Part shown: positions 19,966-32,000 of the stretch, piece after piece
How the letters are laid out: each line of letters begins with the position of its first letter
How positions within the stretch are numbered: position 1 is the stretch's first letter
NCBI RefSeq assembly: GCF_009914755.1
Contig: NC_060935.1
Direction: 5' to 3' (one strand)
Source: the human T2T-CHM13v2.0 reference genome, Homo sapiens
DNA: 64,000 nt
Translations under genes and position numbers: made by a program
The notes under the pieces: model-generated
The model's input: only the letters and a program-made list of their open reading frames with translations
The model's database searches: none
Told to the model about the DNA's origin: nothing

Positions 19966-20934
19966 TCACTGCTCCAATCTGCTTCCCGACAGCTCCAGGA
20001 TTTCCTCAGGAAGCTGCCCTCCACCTTCATCCACCTCAGACGCGTCCTGCAGAGCCCTCTGGAGAACCAGCTTCAGGTTCTGCCTATTTTGACGCTGCCT
20101 AAAGGAGCCCACGAAGAAGTAAATGATGGGGTTGGCACTGCTGTTAAGAGCGGACAGGAAAATAGAAACTAGATGAACATGACAAAATAAGACTTCCCTG
20201 TCCACGTGGATCCATAAAAATAGGAAAAACTGAATGCCAAAGGGCAGGCCACAGAGGAGGAAGACCAGTACTGTGAGCAGGATGGTCACGTACAGCCTGG
20301 TCAGCGGTATCTTCCGGGATCCACAGAGAATCCTGATCAGCAGGACCAGGCTGGACCCACAGAGAACCACACATAAAAAAATCAGCCACGCGACTGTGAT
20401 GAAATCTGATGTTTGACACCAAGCAGAATCAGCACCACTGAACAGGAAGCCACATAACATCCACTCCAGGATGCTCCGCAGCAGGGACAGGGCCCAGAGC
20501 AGGACACACACCACCGCTGACAGGTGTGTGGGGCGGTGGCAGCGGTACCAGATGGGCCACAGGACGGACAGGCAGCGCTCGGTGCTCACGGCACTCAGAA
20601 AGCTCAGGCCTGCAAAGTAGGAAAACATCATCACAGGATAGAGGATTTTAGAGATGGTATGGGGGATACTGATGAAGCTTAACAGGGAATATATAAGGCG
20701 GCCGCTGAGGAAGAGGAAGTCTGCTGCGGCCAAGTTGAGGATGTAGATGGAGAAGGCGTTCCTGCGCATGCGGCAGCCCAGGAGCCAGAGCACAACCGCG
20801 TTTCCTGTCAGCCCGACAAGGGAAACGATGCACGTCAGCACCGTGAGGCTCAAGGTCTGCTTGTAGCAAAGAGTCTCCTCAGTTCCGTTGATTGGTGTCA
20901 GTTCTGTGTCCAAGGTTGAGATGGTTGGATCCAT
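19966..20934 (-). CDS. MRGPRX1: Mas-related G protein-coupled receptor X1 (322 aa, 7TM class A GPCR, single coding exon)
   Basis: Intact 322-aa [23 protein letters not shown]...LSGSRLEQ with seven hydrophobic segments and MRGPR motifs ([46 protein letters not shown]). Matches my recollection of human MRGPRX1. Confidence 0.97.
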   Translation of the reverse strand: MDPTISTLDTELTPINGTEETLCYKQTLSLTVLTCIVSLVGLTGNAVVLWLLGCRMRRNAFSIYILNLAAADFLFLSGRLIYSLLSFISIPHTISKILYPVMMFSYFAGLSFLSAVSTERCLSVLWPIWYRCHRPTHLSAVVCVLLWALSLLRSILEWMLCGFLFSGADSAWCQTSDFITVAWLIFLCVVLCGSSLVLLIRILCGSRKIPLTRLYVTILLTVLVFLLCGLPFGIQFFLFLWIHVDREVLFCHVHLVSIFLSALNSSANPIIYFFVGSFRQRQNRQNLKLVLQRALQDASEVDEGGGQLPEEILELSGSRLEQ

Positions 20935-23900
20935 GCTCAGAAACCCTAGTCTGGTGACCCTGGAAACAGAAACCAGTTGTGATCACCAGCTGTATGATCT
21001 CTGATTCTCCCCACCACCCTGCCATGTGGGATTTACTTCCTCATTTAAAGAGGGCAGATCAGAGACTCACAGAGAATAAGTCACCTATCAAAAGGTGGGG
21101 GTCCTCAAATCCAGTTTGAAATCCAGTTCTTGTTGACTCTGAAGCCTGACCTCTCTCTACTGCCACACAAGTTCTGTGCTGACATGGGAATAACATTAGG
21201 ATCAAAACACCCCCACTCATCTAGCCAGGGCTGTGGACCCGATGATTACTCTATCCTGGGCCTGAAATTTTCTCTCAGGGGGAGGAATTCAGATATGCAA
21301 AGAGGTGGTTGTGACACCCTCATGACCAGGACTGATCATCCATGGACAGGAAAGGAGACCATGCATTATGAACCAGAGGAAAATGTGACCTTCGCTAGGA
21401 TAAGTGTGAAAATGGCTGGGCCTGGTGGGTGAGAAATAACTCAGCATGTCAGTCATTGCAGACAGGACCACATTTTACATTTTATACTCCTAGTGCCTAT
21501 TCCATAAGCAGCACACTGTGCTTTTCATATACATTCATTCAATGAATGAATGCATGCATGAGAAGCCTAATGGTAATGGTAGATTTGGGTGAAATGGAAA
21601 ACAAAAATGAAAGCACAATGTAAGTTATTAGAACACCCATGTTTAATTAGGTACAGAAAATTTCATTCATCAGAATTCTATTTGTGGACAGCTCTATCTG
21701 TGTTGAGAAGAATGATTGATGAGTGCCCAAAACCTGAAATTGACCACTGATGTGCCTTTAAAATAAGGACTCAGTGTGGCTTTGCCGAACCCCTAGAAGA
21801 ATTTTGTACACAGTGTTTTGGGTAGGGTGTGGGTCTGAGCTGAATTGCTCAGCAATAGAACAGAGGAAAGAGTAAGTGAGGGTGAGCCTGAGTGCCACTG
21901 CAGCAGGTAATTGAAGTGTGGGAATATCTGTGGGGCACTACTGAGTATTCTGCTGAGTATACACAATATAAACCTATTTCATTCTTTCTTTCAGGAGATC
22001 TTTGGTTCGTTTCTTTGTTGATGCAAACATTTGTATGTGAGGAGTCCATGAGGCGAAATAGGAGATATGTAGGGCTTGGAGTATAAAGAGAGATATTCAT
22101 GTAGATTTCAACTGGAGAATGAGGACTGGGTCTAATCTGGGAGAATAAGAGCAGCTGATGGAGAGTTTATTAGGTATTGTCTGTTTTAATTATCTGAAGA
22201 GCCTAGGAGTTAAGAATGAGTATTATTCCCATATGTCAGATAATGCATTGGAACACAAAAAGAGTGAATTATTCATTCTGGGACTTATATAGTATGAATT
22301 TGAGCCCAGCAGGGCTGACTCATGATCCAGTCTTTGAGCAGCCCTTTACACCCAGCACGACTCTGTGTCGATTATACATGTTAGAGCGGGTAAAGGAGAG
22401 GAGGGATTCTCAAGATTAAATCCAAGTTGGCGGCAAAATTGTGGGTTGAAAAAAAAAAAAACTAACCTAAACCAACTTCAGATAGAGAGAGAGAAGCAGG
22501 TCAAATAGGGAACAAAATAGAGAAGAGTGAAAGCCATTTAGTAACAAATTCAGGAGTTCCTTTTTGCCTATCAGAGGCCACCTTTGCTCTGGAATCCCGA
22601 GAATGCACAGGGACAGGAGGCCTCCAGGTGGAAAGAAGACTCACCCTCCTCTGGGATTACAGAGGAGCATCAGGAGTGAGTGCATCCATCATGAGCTCTC
22701 TTAGAGAGACAAGCTGCCACAGCCTTGCTTGGCCCAAAAAGGAAATGGGAGGAAAAGGAGAACCTCTGTTATCCACACGCAGGGCACTAAACACATTGTC
22801 CCTCTATATTTAGGGTAATGGTGTGTTTGTCTTCCTCATGAAACCTGAAGCTTCATAACGGCTAGTCATGCCTGTCTTTTCCACTGTGGTATCACCAACA
22901 TTTAGCATGTGTTCTTTAAAGATCATCTATGGTATTATCTTAATATAACATAAGATGAAGCCGAGGCCTAGAGAATTAAAGTGTTTTCATGAGTTCACAA
23001 CACGAAGAGCAGGCCCAATGCCAGCCCCTGGTCCCTGGAGCCCTGCATGAGACTTCTGTATGGTTCTCTGCCGCATGATTCATTATTTCAGAGGAGTTCC
23101 TGAAAAATCTTGATGTGAGTACAGAATCAGAGACAGAGGCAGAAGAGACTGCTAGGTTGCCCCAGTGTTCATTTTCCTGTTTGGTCACATAAAAATTCTG
23201 AGAGTTTAAAAGCGGCACAAGGACCTACATTCCAGTTTTCCTTGATGCTGGGTGCCATTTTATGACCAGGTGCTGTTCAGTGAAAGATGCACAAAAGTGA
23301 TGTAAGCAAGTCCTGGCTCACAGGACCAATAGCAGGAGCAACGCATCTCCTTTCCTTATTTTTTTTCCATCATGCTGAAATGCTGGTGTGGCTGGGAACC
23401 ATATAGGATCACAAGTATGAGGGCAACTCTCTAGGGACTCGAGAGTAGCAGTTTTTGGAATTCTGATGTACGATGCCTTGGAGCTTCCCGCACTGATCTC
23501 AAAGAGTGTCATTTCTGGGTATTCACAGGGGCTTTCGCATATGGCAGATGTGTGTGCTGCTACCCCAGCACACACCAAAATCTGCAGATGCTCAATTTCC
23601 TTATATAAAATGATGTGATAGTTGTACAAAACCTATGCACTTTCTCCCAGATACATTAAATCACTTCTAAGTTACTTAGAATAACTGACAAAATGCAAAT
23701 GCCATGTAAGTTCTTGTTTTACTGTGTTATTTCAGAAGTAATGACAAGGAAAAACAAGTTTGTACCTGTTCAGTACATGCACACCTCCGCCATACCCTTA
23801 TTTTTGGAACAGTTTCCACCTGTGGGTTGTTGAATCTGCAGATTCAGGACCTAGTGACCCAGAGGCACCACTGTACTTTCTTATTTAAGATATTTCTACT

Positions 23901-24346
23901 TTGTGTCTTTATGAGAGGGGTCAAACTTGTATTCTAAACAAAAGAAATATGTTCTCTTTTTAAAATTACATTTTATTTTCTATGCATTTTTGATGAATGC
24001 AAACATTTCTGCATAGAAGTGACAGTAGAGAAAGACATGCCGAACATTAAAGTAGTCTGAAAGAGCTGAAATGAGACAGGAATCAATCACCTGTAGACAG
24101 AGACTGTCCCAGGAATTAGGAGGATATAAGAAGGAGAGAGGGATAGTCTCATTTGCTATGATGATTTGCTTTCCATTCTTCTCTATCCTGTTTGACACCA
24201 CAAGAGAGTGGCTTCTATGCACCACATCAGTGGGATTCTTTTTAATTCCAGTTTCTGGTGGAATTGAGACACTGGGAGACACCTGGATGAGACTGGAAGA
24301 CAGCAGGAGAGCCACTTGGGATTTCCACCTCCTGGCTCTCTGCCTG

Positions 24347-24761
24347 TGTATTAGTTCATTCTTGAATTGCTACAAAGAAATACCTGAGACTGGGAAATTT
24401 ATGAAGAAAACAGGTTTAATTGGCTTATGGCTCTGCGGGCTATGCAAGAAGCATAGCAGCTTCTGCTTCTAAGAAGGCCTCAGGAAGCTTCCAATCATGG
24501 TGAAAGGCAAAGGGGGAGCAAGTCATCTCACATGGTGAGAGCAGGAGCAAGAGAGACAGGGAAGAGGTGCTACACACTTTTAAACAACTAGATTGCATGA
24601 GAACTCACTATCACTAAGGCAATACCAAAGGGGGATAGTGTTAAGCCATTTATGAGAAACCATCCCCACTATTTAATCACCTCCCACCAGGCCCTCCCTC
24701 CAACACTGGGAATTACAATCAACCTGAGATTTGGTTGGGGACACAGATCCAAAGCATATCA
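24347..24761 (-). mobile_element. MST-like solo LTR in the MRGPRX1 intron
   Basis: Identical to 2197-2611. Confidence 0.88.
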
Positions 24762-25429
24762 GCCTGTGTGGCTGTGTGTTGGCCGTGCAAGGCTTCTCCA
24801 CCTGCCTGCTGGAGCTCTACCACCCCTATGGCTACAGCTATGGCTATGGCGACAATGGTAACTGCTCCTTCCTTCTCCCTTTCAGCCTAGGGGAGGACTT
24901 AGTCCTCCCCTATGTATTGTTGCTTAGGGTGCTGACCCATGCATTGTCTCTTTCCCTTAACCTTGCACATCTTTGTAAATACTTCCCTCACGAAACACTC
25001 CTCAGTCATTTCAGTTTGGACCACCTATTTCTTCCTTGAACCTTTCCAGACAGGCAAGGAATAATAATTTAGAAAAGTAAGTAAAACAACAAAACCTGCT
25101 TCTACAGCAGTTCAACTCTGTGAAGCAATGCTTGCATGTCCTCTAGCTCCTTAAATGAATGTGAGAGGCAGCATTTTCTCTAAGAGGACAGGTTCAGTGA
25201 TTGGAATAAGGGAGGTGATATGGACAGATAAATCAAATGGGGGGACTCCAGTTGAAACTCACACAGTCTGGGTTGGCAGCACTCAGTTTCCAGAAGGAAA
25301 CTTCATGTCCCCTGTCTTTTCCTGAAACAAGCTCATGATCCCCTGCCTGTAGCACCTAGGTGGAAACAGAAACGATCTTATAGCAAAAACCATGACTGAC
25401 TATGGAAGAAGACAAATCTTGGTACTTAC

Positions 25430-25564
25430 CCTTATCTTTTTCTCCTTTGTCCAGTGGTGAAGACTTCCCTTGTGCTAAAGGTGGAGGGCCTTTCTGGGAT
25501 TCAGTGACTTCAGAGAACCCTTCTGTGTTGCTTAATTCAGGAGATGCATACAGGAGCTGGAGTC
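25430..25564 (-). other. MRGPRX1: Inferred non-coding exon 1 of MRGPRX1 (intron 20960-25429)
   Basis: Strong donor G|GTAAGT (plus-strand acttac 25424-25429). Acceptor tctgtttccAG|G at 20960-20961, with 25 exonic nt before the ATG. Both are conserved in the paralogous units. The TSS position is approximate. Confidence 0.7.
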
Positions 25565-25745
25565 AAAGCTGGTGAGCGATCCAGGCTTATGAAGATGCTG
25601 GACAGACTTGTTATTTCCTGTATGAGGACTATGGACAAATCAGTGGCCAGAGGTATTGGAGACACAAACCCTACCTGAGATGATTCTTGGCCTCTGTCCC
25701 ATATCCAATAGAGATAAGCCTCTCCCATCACATTCCATCTTGTTC
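25565..25745 (-). promoter_or_regulatory. Putative MRGPRX1 core promoter with TATA-like CATAAG (25586-25591)
   Basis: Motif CTTCATAAGCC lies ~25 nt upstream of the inferred exon 1 start and is conserved in all four units (also ~3436, ~47805, ~63478). Confidence 0.45.
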
Positions 25746-26517
25746 AACTTGCTTGATAAAAACAGTGGCGCAGTTTGAGAGAATGGACTCCCATTTTAAA
25801 AGAAGTTCTATTGTGTATAAAATGCTATGCAAATAGCATTGCATGCTACATTAAAATCTTTCATAAAAGGATGAGTCAGTTGATGTGGCAGACTTCACTG
25901 TTGTCTTGTTTTAAGATATTGGCACAGCCTGTCTTACCTTCAGCAGCCACTTCAGCAGCCATCAATATCAAGCAAGACCCTCCAGCAGCAAAACGTTTGG
26001 CTTGATAAAGTTTCTGATGATGGTTACCATTTCTTAGTGAAAAAGTATTTTTTTAAGTAATGCATGCACATTGCTTTAGACATAATGCCATTGAGACTCA
26101 ATAGAGTACAGTATAGTGTAAGCATAAATTTTACATGTACCGGGACACCAAAAATTCATGTGATTCACTTTATTGTAATATTTGCTTTATTGCAGTAGTG
26201 GAAGTGGACTTCTAATATCTTCAATGTATGCCTATTATGATAAAGGTTGTATATCAAAGTAGTGTGTAAAACAGACACAATCGAATGAATGGGATTGGGA
26301 CAACTGAGTTTCTGTGTGAAATAAGTAAAGGTGGAAACATACTTTACATATGATTTGAGGATACATGCAAATACACTACTTAAAATTTTATAATGAAAAT
26401 ACAATTACCTGGAGAAGCCATAGCCAAATAGTTTTTAAATCAAAGTGGAAAAAGACTTTCAATTATAGGATACAATTCAGAAGATATTAAAGAAAATATT
26501 TATAAAGACAAAAAGAA

Positions 26518-27176
26518 GGCTAGCTGTGATGGCCCATTCCTGTAATCCCAGCACTTTGGGAGGCTGCGTGGGTGGATTGCTTGAGCTTACAAGTTTGAGA
26601 CCATTCTGGGCAACATAGTGAAAACCCGTTTCTACAAAAAATACAAAAACTAGCCTGGTGTGGTGGTGCATGTCTGTAGTCCCAGCTACCTGGGACGTTG
26701 TGGTGGCAGGATGGCTTGAGCCCAGGCCGTGGAGGTTACAGTGAGCTGACATCACACCATTGCACTCCCCTGGCTGATAGAGCCAGACTTTGTCTCAAAA
26801 AAAAAAAAAGTTATTTTTTTTAGCATAACATTAACCATCATAATCAAGATATAAATAAACTGTGGCCAGGCATGGTGGTTCACCCCTGTAATCCCAGCAC
26901 TTTGGGAGGCCAAGGCAGGCAGATCACCTGAGGTCAGGAGTATGAGACCAGCCTGGCCACCATGGTGAAACCTGGTCTCTACTAAAAATACAAAAATTAA
27001 TTCGTTGTGGTGGGACACGCTTGTAATCCCAGCTGCTCGAGAGGCTGAGCAAGAGAATGGATTGAACCTAGTAGACGAAATTTGCAGTGAGCCAAGACTG
27101 TGCCTCTGCACTCCAGCTTGGGTGACAGAATGAGACTCCATCTCAAGAAATAAATTAGTAAATTAATAAAATTAAA
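26518..27176 (+). mobile_element. Alu pair (AluJ-like + AluS-like), unit 2
   Basis: Identical to 4368-5026 at offset 22150. Confidence 0.9.
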
Positions 27177-29093
27177 TAAATAAACTGGGAGATGTTTGGT
27201 AATGTATGTTATAGCCAAAGTATAAATTTTCTCTATTGATACAAATTTTTCTAAATGATGTTAATAATTCAAAATTGAAAAAGGTAATAAGAAAATAACT
27301 TTAAGTCATGATTCACAATTTCTAAAAAATAAAAATGGCTCCTAAACATATGGAAAGAGGAGAAATTCAACTCATAATGAAAGACATGCCAATTGAAATT
27401 ACAGAGTTATATTTTATTTACCAAAATCTAAAAAACCATTAAGTTTTATAGCATACAGTGTGGGGATGGAGTGGGATCAGGTACCCTCACTCATTTCTGC
27501 TGGGGATGCAGATGGATACAACTTCCAGTGAAGGCTGTTTTCAACATATGGAAGCATGTATAAAGCACCATCCTTTTCTCTCTGTAATTCCTCATCTAAG
27601 AATTTATCTTAGAGATATATTTGTGCATGTTCAAAAGATCTATGTTCTGAGTTAATAAATGCAGTGTTATTTACAGTCAAAAACTGGTAACAGCCAAAAT
27701 GGCCATCAATACTGTATAAATTACTGTCTATCTATGCAATAGAATACTCTGTAGCTACCCAGAAAGAGCAACAAACCTGATATAAAAGGCCCTGCAGAAT
27801 TTGTTAGATTTTTTAAAAAGAATGCAGACCAATGTATATATTGTATGAAAAATATATATATTGTTTTATTATTAAATATTTGTGAATTAATATACACTTA
27901 TTAGTAAGTATAATAGGATATGTCTTTGTTAACAAGGCAAGGATGCCTGAGGACCTAAAATGGGAATGACAGTTTTCAGTGAGTGTATTTAAAGATTATT
28001 TTTGAAAGCTTTGACTTTATTACCATGTCACAAATAAATTTTCAAACAAAAAACATAAATTTAATGATCTAGCTAAGAGAGGGAGTTAGAGATATGAGAA
28101 GATACGAGGAAGGGTGAGGAAATGAAGATAATGAGTACAGAAATCTCTTTGGAAGATATTTTTTTCTAAAATAAAGAAGATAAATCAGGCTGTGGATAGA
28201 GACGAATGGTTGCTTAGATGGTGTTTTATGCCACAAATAGGATGGGGTGTTTCAGTTGCAATGGAAGGATCCATTAGAGAAGGAAACATTGAAGATGTAG
28301 AAGGGAGAGGCAATAATGCTATAAAATGTTTCTGGGGAGGGAAAAGGGGAAACTGCACAAATGGAAAGGGTGGTTTCAAACAGGAATTTGCAGAGCCCAT
28401 TTCCTAGCATGAGAGAAAATGCAGAGAGATGTGCTCAGAGGCACATGGGGAGGTAGGTTCGCTCTGGGGAGATTGAGTAATTCTCAGAAGAGCATCACCT
28501 GACAGTGATTAAAAAAATAAATAAAGAGTAGGTGGTTTCAGGAGACAGACGATGGCTGAAGGTTTTCCTTTGGAGATGAGAGGCAATTATGGAAATGTCA
28601 CATGACTGTTCAGGAGATATAAGTGAACATTTCAGGTTCAAGGTCATAAATGTACAGTGAAACCGCTGGGCATGGTTGTGTGTTGTGCTGCAGCCACCCT
28701 CAGTTCTATGGGAACAGGCATGGAGTTAGTGGAGAGCTGGATTCAATCAGGGCAAAAGACGAACAGATGCTTCAGCAAACACATATATGCATGACAAATA
28801 AACACGTAAAAAGATGCTCAACATCACTAATGTTTAGGACAACAAATAAAAGTCACGAGATACCACTCTACCCTCTCAATATGGCTAAAATATAAAATAC
28901 TGATAGTTTCAAATATTGGCTGAGATTTGAAGGAATTGGAGGTCTCATACACTGCCAATGAGAAAGTAAAATAGTAGAGCTACTCTGGGAAATCTTCTTG
29001 CATTTTCATATAATCCAGCAATCCAGCGTATCCTAGAACCTGGAAAATGTATCCTAGAAACTGGGAAACTGTGTTCACTTAAAAATCTGTACA

Positions 29094-32000
29094 GGAGGGG
29101 GGCCAAGATGGCCAAATAAAAACAGTTCTGGTCTGCAGCTCCCAGCGGGACCAACGCAGAAGACTGGTGATTTCTGCATTTCCAACTCAGGTACCCAGTT
29201 CATCTCATTGAGACTGGTTAGGCAGTGTGTACAACCCACGGAGAGCAAGGAGAAGCAGGGTGGGGCATCGCTTCATCTGCGAAGTACAAGGAGCCAGGGG
29301 ACACCTGTCCCCCAATCAAGGGAAGCTGTGAGGAACCCTGCTACCAGCCCAGTACTACGCTTTTGAAATGGTTTTTGCGATCCGCAGATCAGGAGATTCC
29401 CTCGTGTGCCTACACCACCAGGGCTCTGGGTTTCAAGCACAATATTGGGCAGCTGTTTGGGCAGAGACCGACCTAGATGCAGGAGTTTTTTTCATACCCC
29501 AGTGGTGCCTGGAACTCCAGTGAGACAGATCCGTTCACTCCCCTGGAAAGGGGGCTGAAGCCAGGGAGACAAGTGGTCCCCTGCCTCAATGGGTCCCACT
29601 CCCACAGAGCCCAGCAAGCAAAGAACCACTGGCTTGAAATTCTCACTGCCGGCGCAGCAGTCTGAAGTCGACCTGGGGCGATTGAGCTTTGTGGAGAGAG
29701 GGGTATCCGCCATTCCTGAGGCTTTAGTAGGCGGTTTTCCCCTGACAGTGCTAAGAAGGCTGGGAGGTTTGGACTGGGCGGAATTCACCACAGCGCGGCT
29801 AAGCAGCTATGGCCAGACTACTTCTCTAGATTCCTCCTCACTGGGCAGGACATCTCTGAAGGACAGACAGCAGGCGCAGTCAGGGGTTTACAGATAAAAT
29901 TCCTATCTCCCTGGGATGGAGCACGTGGGGGAAGGGGAGGCTGTGGGCGCAACCGCAGCAGATTTAATCTTTCCTGCCTGCTGCCTCTGAAGATAGCAGC
30001 TGATCCTGACAAGGGGGGTTCTCCCAGCACAGTGCACCAGCTCTGCTAAGGGACAGACTGCCTCCTCAAGTGGGTCCCTGACCCCCGTGCCTCCCAACTG
30101 GGAGAGACCTCCTAACAGAGGTGGACAGACACCTCATACAGGAGAGCTCTAGTTGGCATCAGGCCAGTGCCCCTCTGGAATGAAGCTTCCAGAGAAAGGA
30201 TCAGGCAGCCATCTTTTGCTGTTCTGCAGCCTCCACTGGTGATACCCAGGTGAACAGGGTCTGGATTGGACCTCCAGCAAACTGCAGCCGACCTGCAGAA
30301 GAGAGGCCTGACTGTTAGAAGACCAACTAGCAAACAGAAAGCAATAACATCAACATCAACTAAAAAGACCCCCACACAAAAACCCCACCCAAAGGTTATC
30401 GGCCTAAAAGATCAAATGTAGATAAATCCAGAAATATGAGGAAAGCAGTGCAAAAATACTGAAAATTCCAAAAACCAGAAAGCCTCTTCTCCTCCAAACT
30501 ATCGCAACTCCTCTCAAGCAACAGCGCAAAACTGCATGGAGAATGAGACTGATGAATTGACAGAAGTAGGCTTCAAAAGGTGGGTAATAACAAACTCCTC
30601 TGAGCTAAAGGAGCATATTCTAACCCAATGCAAGAAAGCTAAGAACCTTGATAAAAGGTTACAGGAACTGCTAACTAGAATAACCAGTACAGAGAGGAAC
30701 ATAAGTGACCTGATGGAGCTGAAAAACACAGCACAAGGACTTTGTGAAGTATACACAAGTATCAATAGCTGAATCAATCAAGCAGAAGAAAGAATATCAG
30801 AGGTTGGAGATCAACTTACTGAAATAAGGCATGAAGACTAGATTAGAGAAAAAAGAATGAAAATGAATGAACAAAACCTCCAAGAAATATGGGACTATGT
30901 GAATAGACAAACCTACAATTGATTGGTGCAACTGAAGGTGATGGGGAGAATGGAACCAAGTTCAAAAATACACTTCAGGATATTATCCAGGAGAACTTCA
31001 CCATCCTAGCAAGACAGGCCAGCATTCAAATTTAGGAAACAGAGAGAACAACACTAAGATATTCCTCGGGAAGAGCAACCCCAAGACACATAATTGTTAG
31101 ATTCTCCAAAGTTGAAATAAAGGAAAAAATGTTAAAGGCAGCAAGAGAGAAAGGTCAGGCTACCTAAAAGGGAAGCCCATCAGAATAACAGCGGATCTCT
31201 TTGCAGGAACTCCACAAGGCAGAAGAGAGTGGGGGCCAATATTCAACATTCTTAAAGAAAAGAATTTTCAACCGTGAGTTTCATATCCAGCCAATCTAAG
31301 CTCCATAAGGAAAGAAGAAAAAAATCCTTTCCCGACAGGCAAATTGTAAGGGATTTTGTCATCACCAGGCCTGCCTTACAGGAGCTCCTGAAGGAAGCAC
31401 TAAATATAGAAAGGAAAAACTGGTACCAGCCACTGCAAAAACACGCTAAAATATAAAGACCAATGACACTATGAAGAAACTGCATTAACTAATGTGCAAA
31501 ATACCCAGCTAGCATCAGGCAAATTGGATAAACAGTGAAGACCCATAGGTGTGCTATATTCAGGAGACTCATCTCACGTGCAAAGACACACATAGGCTCA
31601 AGATAAAGGGATGGAAAAATATTTGCCAAGCAAATGGAAAGCAAAAAAAAGCAGCGGTTGCAATCTTAGTCTCTGATAAAACAGTCTTTAACTAATGAAG
31701 ATCAAAAAAGACAAAAGAGGGCATTACATAATGGTAAAGGGATCAAGGCAACAAGAAGAACTAACTATCCTAAATATATATGCACCCAATACAGGAGCAC
31801 CCACATTCATAAAACAAGTTCTTACAGACCTACAAAGAGACTTAGACTCCCACATAATAATAGCAGGAGACTTTTACACCCCACTGTCAATATTAGATCA
31901 AAGAGACAGAAAACAAGGATATTCAGGACTTGAACTCAGCTCTGGACCAAGTGAACCTAATAGACATCGACAGAACTCTCCACCCCAAATCAACAGAATA

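Noticed and set aside
20144-20869. Alternative-frame and antisense ORFs overlapping MRGPRX1
   Set aside because: Expected shadow ORFs of a GC-rich CDS, mostly with non-ATG starts.
21532-21560. Palindromic ATTCATTCAATGAATGAATGCATGCATG conserved in three units
   Set aside because: Looks like L2-tail (ATGA)n simple sequence inherited through duplication.
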